Shown: positions 1-6,599, counted from the first letter of the stretch. The stretch is 24,000 bases of DNA from Chamaesiphon sp. VAR_48_metabat_135_sub (GCF_031418915.1 NZ_JANOJV010000175.1:1-24000); one strand, 5' to 3'. Notes: generated by a model not told the origin, from the sequence alone. Translations and numbers: made by a program.

Positions 1-1
1 C

Positions 2-379
2 AATTCTCTCGTTTTATTAGATGAAATTGGACGAGGAACAGCTACATTTGACGGTTTGTCGATCGCCTGGGCAGTCGCCGAATATCTCGCCACCGAAATC
101 GGTTCTCGCACAATTTTTGCCACCCATTATCACGAACTAAACGAACTCGCCTCGATCCTATCTAACGTCGCAAATTATCAAGTCACAGTCAAAGAACTCC
201 CCGATCAAATTATCTTTCTCCATCAAGTCCAACCAGGCGGAGCAAGTAAATCCTACGGGATTGAAGCGGGAAGACTCGCAGGTCTACCACCAACAGTAAT
301 TAGTCGCGCCCGACAGGTGATGTCGCAGATTGAGGAGCATAGTAAAATCGCATTGGGGCTACGAGAATCGATGTCTTGA
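2..379 (+). CDS. mutS: DNA mismatch repair protein MutS, C-terminal fragment (5' end lies upstream of the window)
   Basis: The frame is open from nt 2. The translation [29 protein letters not shown]...[12 protein letters not shown]...[25 protein letters not shown] is the classic MutS domain V (Walker B DE, THYHEL, C-terminal helix-turn-helix). Stop TGA at 377-379. Confidence 0.9.
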   Translation, partial: NSLVLLDEIGRGTATFDGLSIAWAVAEYLATEIGSRTIFATHYHELNELASILSNVANYQVTVKELPDQIIFLHQVQPGGASKSYGIEAGRLAGLPPTVISRARQVMSQIEEHSKIALGLRESMS

Positions 380-382
380 GAT

Positions 383-991
383 TCATTCGTTTGATATAAC
401 GTTAAGGATCATTTCAACAACTCGATAGACATGGGAACCTGGAGTTTGCGGCCAGTTTTGATTAGCATTTGGATGTAGCTCTTTTGCCCGTCGAATAGCA
501 TCCTGAATATGTTCAAGAAAAGGAGATACATCAAGATTACTGCCATTATAACTCCCTAAAATAGATCGCAGCCTTGTTTTGAAATCCTTGCTGCTGGTAT
601 CATCGGGATCTAAATCTCCAAGATGTAAACACAACCAAGCTTCAAAACAGGGATTGCTGATCGCTAAATGATATTTTTTCTGTTTGGCTTGGCGACAGAC
701 TGAGCTTAGATTCTTTGCGCCCCAGCGATCTACATCTAATACTAACCATAATGTATCCTCTTCATTTAGATCATACTTTTCAGCAAATTCATCAAGCCTT
801 TTTATTACATATTGTGGTGCAGAGTCATTTTCTACTCCCGTCGTAATGACGGCAATTTTAATGCGGGAATCATTGAATATTTCAAAATAGCTCTCCTCCG
901 TTTTAGCACCTTCAGTAGCAATTACAAATAATCGTGCATCTCGAATGTTATATCGGCGATCGAGCAACTTCGTTCTACGAGCTTTTTGCAT
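383..991 (-). CDS. RloB-like (Toprim-like) protein, partner of the upstream ABC-type ATPase
   Basis: Family hallmarks are present: FVIATEGAKTEESYF (CEGxxTE-type acidic motif), LVLDVDRW (DxD) and AISNPCFEAWLCLHL (SNPCFExWLLLH). ATG at 991 is preferred. The ORF-track start at 1003 is a TTG that overlaps the ATPase stop. Either start implies translational coupling. Confidence 0.75.
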   Translation of the reverse strand: MQKARRTKLLDRRYNIRDARLFVIATEGAKTEESYFEIFNDSRIKIAVITTGVENDSAPQYVIKRLDEFAEKYDLNEEDTLWLVLDVDRWGAKNLSSVCRQAKQKKYHLAISNPCFEAWLCLHLGDLDPDDTSSKDFKTRLRSILGSYNGSNLDVSPFLEHIQDAIRRAKELHPNANQNWPQTPGSHVYRVVEMILNVISNE

Positions 992-999
992 TACTGTTA

Positions 1000-2409
1000 T
1001 CAAGCCTTGACTTTAATAGCAGGAGACTCTGTTTCGCAATTAAGCCAGCCTAAAGTACTAATATCGCCAAAAAATGGAATTGCACCAAACCGCCCATCTA
1101 AATAGCCTTTTCCAACTTTTAAATCGGGTCTAATCTTAAATTCTGCCAATGAATATAGGTGAGATCCCCCTTGCTTGTTTTTTTCTACAAGCCAAATTTC
1201 ATCTCGACGTAAAAGTTTTAAATCAAGTAAATTTGTGTCGTGAGTCGTGAAAATTAGTTGGTTTTTACTTTCTTCAGTTTTACATTGCAAGAAAAATTCT
1301 AGAAACTGACGTGACAACAAAGGATGTAATCGACAATCTAATTCATCCAACAATACAACCTTCTCTGATTTATTTTTGAGGATAAATAAAGCAGGAATCA
1401 AATTAATCAAACGCTGTGTACCTTCTGATTCCTCTTCTATAGAGAATTCTACAAGCTGATCTTTGTCATTTAGATGCTTAGTTTTAAGTTGCATTAAACT
1501 TAGTTGACCTCCATCTCGTTTCATAAGGAGATATCTCTTTCCAGGCATATTTTCAAGCATGATTATAGAATCTTCATTGCTCTCAGCAAGTTGCTGATTA
1601 AGTTCTTCCCTCATGTTTACAGGCATTTCTGGAAAATGAGCATCAAAATCAAGTGCAACTTCCTCGACGCTAATGGAATCAATGCCAGTACCAGAAAATT
1701 TCAAAAACTTACCAAGAAAGCTAGTAAATTCTTCACTACTTAGTATTCCAATCTCTAGACCTATGGAGCGAGGATCTGAAGGAATTATCGTTAGAACTCT
1801 CTTGAACCAATGAACAATAGGCATCAGAATTGTAACATTTCGATCTACAGCTTCTGTCAAGAAAAGTTGATTCGATCTTGTCCCTTTTGCAATAAATTCT
1901 AGAAACTGCTTCTCTTTGTCACCTTTACCTCTAAGTATCGATCCATACTCTATTTTTGTTTCTTTGCTTTCAGAAGTAGTTCTGTCAAAATATTGCACTT
2001 CTCTTTTTTTGTTAGGCGGGACTCCGTAAAGCCATTCTTCAAGTATCTGACCAGAATTGAATGTAAAGCCATAAGAATATAACGCATTTCCATAAGTAAA
2101 TATGAACTCAAATTTACTAGGCTTTTTACTGTAGTCTCCTAGTTTGAATGTAGGGACTAGAATAGCTTTCCCACTGCGCGTTCCTTCGACAATTAAATCT
2201 TGTGCAAAATCAATGGCTTTAATCAGATTAGATTTGCCTGCTGCATTTGCACCATAAATAGCTGCAACAGGCAGCAATGATTTACCTTTGCCAGCTACAT
2301 CGACAGCAAGATGCGCTAGATGGCTTACATCACTATTCGCACCTAACATGCTGAAGGTGGTTTCATCCCTGAAGGATAGAAAGTTTTCGATTGTAACTTG
2401 AACCAGCAT
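1000..2409 (-). CDS. AAA_21/AAA_15-type ABC (SMC-like) ATPase, AbiLi/RloA/AriA-like
   Basis: N-terminal IENFLSFRDETTFSM followed by Walker A GANAAGKSN. Near the C-terminus there is Walker B VVLLDELDCRLHP and an H-loop FTTHDTNLL. It sits immediately upstream of the RloB-like gene. Confidence 0.8.
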   Translation of the reverse strand: MLVQVTIENFLSFRDETTFSMLGANSDVSHLAHLAVDVAGKGKSLLPVAAIYGANAAGKSNLIKAIDFAQDLIVEGTRSGKAILVPTFKLGDYSKKPSKFEFIFTYGNALYSYGFTFNSGQILEEWLYGVPPNKKREVQYFDRTTSESKETKIEYGSILRGKGDKEKQFLEFIAKGTRSNQLFLTEAVDRNVTILMPIVHWFKRVLTIIPSDPRSIGLEIGILSSEEFTSFLGKFLKFSGTGIDSISVEEVALDFDAHFPEMPVNMREELNQQLAESNEDSIIMLENMPGKRYLLMKRDGGQLSLMQLKTKHLNDKDQLVEFSIEEESEGTQRLINLIPALFILKNKSEKVVLLDELDCRLHPLLSRQFLEFFLQCKTEESKNQLIFTTHDTNLLDLKLLRRDEIWLVEKNKQGGSHLYSLAEFKIRPDLKVGKGYLDGRFGAIPFFGDISTLGWLNCETESPAIKVKA

Positions 2410-2516
2410 TACGCCCTCATCTGAGATGAAACTATTAATGATCGAGAATTTAAAATACTAATAATGGAGATTTTTTCTCTTTAAATCATCTTTAATAACA
2501 ATTATATCCTTTAATC

Positions 2517-2702
2517 ATGCCACCAATAACAATTTGCCGTATTGATTATGGCGAAGATCGATGGATGGGGATTGGATTTCTCGGTCTTGGTGTAGCGGTA
2601 GTTGTCTGGACAGAGCGACAAGGGGATATAATCCGAATAATTTCAGCACGAAGAGCAAACCGTCATGAACAAAAACGACTCGAACAATACCTCAGGTACT
2701 AA
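2517..2702 (+). CDS. brnT: BrnT-family (DUF497) toxin, N-terminally short and possibly degenerate
   Basis: C-terminal signature WTERQGDIIRIISARRANRHEQKRLEQY (xRIISARxAxxxExxxY). It is only 61 aa, against roughly 80-100 aa as I recall for the family. An in-frame TAA at 2496-2498 blocks any N-terminal extension. Confidence 0.6.
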   Translation: MPPITICRIDYGEDRWMGIGFLGLGVAVVVWTERQGDIIRIISARRANRHEQKRLEQYLRY

Positions 2703-2940
2703 TTGGGAAGCATTGGCAGAGATGTCTGATGACAACATTGATTACTCAGATATTCCACCATTAACGGATGAATTTTTTGAGCGTGCAACACTACGAATTC
2801 CAGCAGCACAGGCTCATAATTTAGTGCATCTAGATCCCGATGTGATGAAATGGTTTCAGTCTCAAGGTATACAGCCGACAGAAATGATTAATACAGTTCT
2901 ACGCCGATATATTGAAAATAACACCCGACAATCTGCATAA
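2665..2940 (+). CDS. brnA: BrnA-family antitoxin (DUF4415-like)
   Basis: TNWEALAEMSDDNIDYSDIPPLTDEFFERATL ... LDPDVMKWFQSQG ... INTVLRRYIE matches the conserved pattern (DWxxLxxMTDEEIDYSDIPELxxxFF ... LDxDVLEWFKxxG ... INxxLRxY). It overlaps the brnT 3' end by 38 nt. Confidence 0.7.
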   Translation: MNKNDSNNTSGTNWEALAEMSDDNIDYSDIPPLTDEFFERATLRIPAAQAHNLVHLDPDVMKWFQSQGIQPTEMINTVLRRYIENNTRQSA

Positions 2941-3068
2941 AAATAGACATTTCGGTTAATAGTATGGATCATCTTTCCATTTATCCTTTTATCCTTATCG
3001 TATTCAGAGTGAGTTAATACATACTTGATGTAGATTCGCTGAGTATCATTGACACTGAAAAGAAAGTA

Positions 3069-4259
3069 TCAAACAAATTTATGAACGAATTCATAGGTGA
3101 AATCAATTCGTCCTTTACGCAGTAAAGCTGGGTCCATGCGATCGGTTGTATTGCAGGTCATTAATACTACCAATTTCTGTTGAATATGAATCCCCGCTTC
3201 ATCAATTACGCTCTGATAAAGTGTCCCATCTAGCAGACTCAAAATATGTTCGGTTTTACTATTATCTTGGGCGGATTCAAGGGCACGATTTTTGGCGAGG
3301 TTATCAGCTTCATTAATAATCAGACAAATCCGCTCTAAATAACTCGGTGGTACGAAGTTTTCGACAGCATCGTGATCGAGGATAAAGATCACATAACCCA
3401 AGGGCATTAGTACTTCTTTGGCGATCGCTTGCGTCCAGACAGTTTTACCTGTGCCAGGCGCACCGTTGACGAGTACAGCCACTCGATCGTCGTCAATAAT
3501 TGCTTGTTGAACTAGATCGCTAAAGATTTGAATATCGGCTGAGAACGATCGAATGGGATAGTCGCTATTGATTTTACCTACCCGACTTTTATAGCCGCTT
3601 AAAATCACGGCTACATCATAAGTAGCTTTATTAATTAATGGGGCTAAATCCTTGGCACAAATTGTATATTGACGTTTGCCTTTTTCGTATGTCTCCACCT
3701 GTACCCAGATATCATATTCTTTCCAGTAAGCCGAAACATAGCCCAGGACTTCCAGCCGATCCCAACTAGTGAATCGATCGCAAGGATAGTAGAAATACCG
3801 CTCCCAATAGTACTGAGTAATCAGATCGGGTTTGCCCAAAATCTCCAGAATATTCTTGACAGTGATTTCTTCCAATCGATTGAGCACATACTCGATCGGA
3901 ATACTATCGCGACTGACTAATTGAACGATCGGAGTTTGAGCGACGAGGACATCTTTATGTCGGCGATCGGGTGCGGCCGGATCTGGCGTAATATAGTTCC
4001 AGAGTTCGTTAAATTCATACTGCACGCTATCTGAAAATACATTCAGAATATTTGCCCACCATGAATATTGTTTGCGGCTGAGAGCATCGGCGACATCGCT
4101 AAAAAAATCAGCACTCCGTTTCGCTAAATTCCAGGTATCATTAACAACTATATTCGCGAAAAAACCAACATCCAAATCCCGATTTAGCGGTCGCCATCCC
4201 GCTGCTAATAGCCCTTTATTTTGAGCGTTATTATTCTGGTTGAAATCTCCATATCCCAT
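3069..4259 (-). CDS. Classical-clade AAA+ ATPase with an unrecognised ~250-aa N-terminal domain and no C-terminal lid
   Basis: Walker A VNGAPGTGKT. Walker B-like ICLIINEADNL (Asn where Asp is usual). Second region of homology VVLMTCNTTDRMDPALLRKGRID. The protein ends 13 residues after GRID. ATG at 4259. Confidence 0.8.
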   Translation of the reverse strand: MGYGDFNQNNNAQNKGLLAAGWRPLNRDLDVGFFANIVVNDTWNLAKRSADFFSDVADALSRKQYSWWANILNVFSDSVQYEFNELWNYITPDPAAPDRRHKDVLVAQTPIVQLVSRDSIPIEYVLNRLEEITVKNILEILGKPDLITQYYWERYFYYPCDRFTSWDRLEVLGYVSAYWKEYDIWVQVETYEKGKRQYTICAKDLAPLINKATYDVAVILSGYKSRVGKINSDYPIRSFSADIQIFSDLVQQAIIDDDRVAVLVNGAPGTGKTVWTQAIAKEVLMPLGYVIFILDHDAVENFVPPSYLERICLIINEADNLAKNRALESAQDNSKTEHILSLLDGTLYQSVIDEAGIHIQQKLVVLMTCNTTDRMDPALLRKGRIDFTYEFVHKFV

Positions 4260-4311
4260 ATTAATTTTCTGTCTTTAAAATTTGCTTCAAGAGCTTAATG
4301 CTCTAGGCGAA

Positions 4312-4875
4312 TCACGCTGCTAATAGTTGTAGATATTGTGGTGGTACCTCATCAACCAACCACACATCATTTTCGGTGCAGTAGAAGTCATAACCATTGC
4401 TTTCCATTAACAGCGCATTTACACCCAATACAATGCTCTTCCCACGTCTACCACCTACTTGATGAGCCATACTCAAATTTGTGGTGAGATGAACGTGGTG
4501 ACGAGACATTTTTTGCAATCCTGTCTTTAAAATTTCTGTTACTACTTTGACATGAGTCCCATGATAGAGAATGGCAGGAGGAGTGCGAACTGGAAGTTGT
4601 AAATCTACTTCAGTAGAATGTCCCTGATTGGCGCGAATTAAATCGCCGGAATCATCGAAAGAAAAACGTTGTTTCTCATTGGTGGCTACGACTTGTTTGA
4701 GATCGGCTAAACTAATTTCAAATCCATTTTTGGCTGTGGCGGCTAGCAGATCGGCTACATTTACCCATCCACCTGGTGCGAGTTCCAAGCCGATACGTTC
4801 TGGTTGGTGGCGCAAGTGTTTGGATAGGTATTTACTGATTCTAACGTGGCGTTGGGGAATTTGCTGTTTGCTCAT
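4312..4875 (-). CDS. kptA: RNA 2'-phosphotransferase, Tpt1/KptA family (NAD+-dependent)
   Basis: ISKYLSKHLRHQPERIGLELAPGGWVNVADLL, IRANQGHS, LYHGT and MSRHHVHL match the Tpt1/KptA pattern, including the Arg-His-Arg-Arg catalytic tetrad positions. The length of 187 aa is typical. Confidence 0.85.
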   Translation of the reverse strand: MSKQQIPQRHVRISKYLSKHLRHQPERIGLELAPGGWVNVADLLAATAKNGFEISLADLKQVVATNEKQRFSFDDSGDLIRANQGHSTEVDLQLPVRTPPAILYHGTHVKVVTEILKTGLQKMSRHHVHLTTNLSMAHQVGGRRGKSIVLGVNALLMESNGYDFYCTENDVWLVDEVPPQYLQLLAA

Positions 4876-4893
4876 AGGGGAGTTGGGAGAAGA

Positions 4894-4914
4894 GTAAAGG
4901 GTAAAGGGTAAAGG
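4894..4914. repeat. Perfect heptamer tandem repeat (GTAAAGG)x3, read as CCTTTAC x3 in the kptA leader
   Basis: Read directly at 4894-4900, 4901-4907 and 4908-4914. It lies 18 nt upstream of the kptA ATG on the minus strand. Its complement CCCTTTACC recurs at 4940-4948. Confidence 0.9.
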
Positions 4915-4964
4915 GGCATAATCATCAGCCTCCCCCCTGCCCTTTACCTAGAACAGCAGAATGC

Positions 4965-4996
4965 CCCCACCAAAACGGTACTCCGTTTGGTGGTGG
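4965..4996 (+). repeat. Left-end subterminal hairpin of the IS, followed by a second hairpin at 4999-5017
   Basis: CCCCACCAAAACGG-TACT-CCGTTTGGTGGTGG gives about 13 bp with two bulges. Next is TGGTCGGG-TCA-CCCGACCA, an 8-bp stem at 4999-5017. Confidence 0.6.
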
Positions 4997-5173
4997 ATTG
5001 GTCGGGTCACCCGACCAGTAGATGAATGCGAGTGAGGTGACGATTGCCTGCCCGACAATCCCGACAATCAGCAGATCTCGGAAGGAGGGCAGGCATGAGG
5101 AGACGAACAAATTCATTGCTTATTCAATATTTTATCTGGGTTTTTCTAGATAAAATTATGTTATCATAGTTTC

Positions 5174-6466
5174 ATGATAGTTAGAGAAGCCAAGCTAAAA
5201 CACGGTACACCAGAGCAATATTCTGCCATTGATGAAGCCATCCAAACAGCACAGTTCATTCGGAACAAAGCCGTTCGCTATTGGATGAACAATCAAGGCA
5301 CGAGTAAAGCCGATTTGTACAGCATATGCAAAGACCTGGCTAAAGAGTTTGACTTTGCTAAGAAGCTTAACTCCGCCGCTCGTCAAGCTAGTGCTGAACG
5401 TGCTTGGGCTGCTATCTCTAGCTTCTATGCCCGATGCAAAAAGGGTGTAGGAAAGAAAGCGGATGCTTTCCGGTCGGGTTCCCCGACCATGGAAAAGCAC
5501 CAAGCAGGTTTTCCCAAGTTTAAAAAACATTGTCGCTCTGTTGAATATAAGGTTTCAGGATGGAAACTATCAGATGATTGCAAATCGATCGCATTCACCG
5601 ATGGTTTTGAGATTGGAACATTGTCGATATTTTGCAACAATGAAACTCAAGAAGACTTGCAAAGGTTAAAAATTAATCGTGTGCGGATTGTGCGGAGAGC
5701 AGATGGGTATTATGCCCAATTCTGTTTTGATGCAGATCGTAAAGAGCAGGGGGAGTATTCGGGTAATGTTGTCGGATTGGATCTAGGGTTGAAGTTTTTC
5801 ACCAAAGACCAAAATGATAACGCCGTCATCTACCCTCAATTCTTGCGAAAGTCCGAACGCAAATTAAAAAAAGCTGCCAGAAGATTAAGTAAGAAGTTTG
5901 TCAAAGGTGCTAAACCTCAATCAAACAACTACCACAGGGCACGGAAACGACTAGGAAGAGTTCATCTCAAAATTCAACGCCAGCGAAAAGATTGGGCAAT
6001 CAAGCAAGCCCGAAACGTAGTGATATCTAACGATGTCGTGGTGTATGAAAATTTGCAGATTGCGAACATGGTCAAAAATCATCATTTGGCTAAGTCAATT
6101 TCTGATGCTGGTTGGTATCAATACACTCAATGGCTAGACTACTACGGCAAGATTTGGGATAAAGCAGTTGTGGCAGTATCGCCTAACTACACGTCCCAAG
6201 ATTGCTCTAATTGCGGTCATCGGGTCAAAAAATCCCTCAGTACTAGAACACATTCATGTCCTAACTGCAAGATTGAGATTTGTCGCGACACAAATGCGGC
6301 TCTGAACATTCTGCATAAAGGATTGAACATTCTTGGTGTTGAGTGGAACAAACAGCGTGGCGGGTCACCCGCCCAGCACAGTACGTCAGGGCATGACGAA
6401 TCTGGCTCGGAAGCGGAGTTCGTCCGGTCGGGGAACCCGACCATGGAACGAACCCAAGCAGAGTGA
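5174..6466 (+). CDS. tnpB: RNA-guided endonuclease TnpB (IS200/IS605 OrfB) with two in-frame palindromic insertions and a truncated C-terminal tail
   Basis: RuvC triad contexts VVGLDLGL, VVVYENL and CRDTNAALNIL are present. The zinc ribbon CSNCGH...CPNCK is present. The N-terminal pattern AKLKHGTPEQYSAIDEAIQTAQFIRNKAVRYWM and the FPKFKKH motif are present. Confidence 0.9.
   Translation: MIVREAKLKHGTPEQYSAIDEAIQTAQFIRNKAVRYWMNNQGTSKADLYSICKDLAKEFDFAKKLNSAARQASAERAWAAISSFYARCKKGVGKKADAFRSGSPTMEKHQAGFPKFKKHCRSVEYKVSGWKLSDDCKSIAFTDGFEIGTLSIFCNNETQEDLQRLKINRVRIVRRADGYYAQFCFDADRKEQGEYSGNVVGLDLGLKFFTKDQNDNAVIYPQFLRKSERKLKKAARRLSKKFVKGAKPQSNNYHRARKRLGRVHLKIQRQRKDWAIKQARNVVISNDVVVYENLQIANMVKNHHLAKSISDAGWYQYTQWLDYYGKIWDKAVVAVSPNYTSQDCSNCGHRVKKSLSTRTHSCPNCKIEICRDTNAALNILHKGLNILGVEWNKQRGGSPAQHSTSGHDESGSEAEFVRSGNPTMERTQAE
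5459..5509 (+). repeat. Palindromic repeat element, copy A, in frame inside tnpB (encodes ADAFRSGSPTMEKHQAG)
   Basis: GCGGA...GCTTTCC-GGTCGGG-TTC-CCCGACC-AT-GGAAAAGC...CCAAGCAG. The hairpin spans 5465-5498. It sits immediately before the conserved FPKFKK motif. Confidence 0.7.
6413..6466 (+). repeat. Palindromic repeat element, copy B, in frame at the tnpB 3' end (encodes AEFVRSGNPTMERTQAE-stop)
   Basis: GCGGA...GTTCGTCC-GGTCGGG-GAA-CCCGACC-AT-GGAACGAAC..CCAAGCAG. The hairpin spans 6418-6453. It supplies the TGA stop at 6464-6466. Confidence 0.7.
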
Positions 6467-6546
6467 AAGCATGGGGAGAAGATCGCCACTGCTGCTGATA
6501 AGCAATTTGATTCGGTAAGCGAACTTCGATGAACCATGAATAAGAA

Positions 6547-6582
6547 TCCCCCACTGTAGCGGTACTCCGCTCAGTGACGGGA
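6547..6582 (+). repeat. Right-end subterminal hairpin of the IS
   Basis: TCCC-c-CACTG-t-AGCGG-TACT-CCGCT-CAGTG-ac-GGGA. It has the same loop and the same CGGTACTCCG core as the left-end hairpin, with compensatory stem changes. Confidence 0.6.
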
Positions 6583-6599
6583 GTATGTCAATATAGATG

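Larger units (their letters stand above)
4948..6591 (+). mobile_element. tnpB-only IS200/IS605-family element (IS1341-like, no tnpA), predicted boundaries
   Basis: Homologous subterminal hairpins lie in the same orientation at both ends and share CCCCCAC...CGGTACTCCG...GTG. TTAC (4944-4947) sits 17 nt 5' of the left hairpin foot. TCAA (6588-6591) ends 9 nt 3' of the right hairpin foot. This matches the IS608 TTAC/TCAA geometry. Confidence 0.55.

Noticed and set aside
4260-4311. A small hairpin (AGAGC-TTAAT-GCTCT) between kptA and the AAA gene as an intrinsic terminator
   Set aside because: The stem is only 5 bp and no U-tract follows it on the minus strand. It is too weak to argue against co-transcription.
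4925-5116. A 63-aa minus-strand ORF between kptA and tnpB
   Set aside because: It spans the IS left-end hairpins and a C/G-rich repeat. Its translation is low complexity (PTNPPPNGVPFWW, GKGQGGG). It is best explained as non-coding IS end plus spacer.
5195-6554. Antisense and alternate-frame ORFs overlapping tnpB (5195-5530, 5425-5640, 5463-5669, 6217-6537, 6261-6554, 6333-6518)
   Set aside because: They are shadow ORFs of tnpB. The frame with RuvC and zinc-ribbon motifs accounts for the region.
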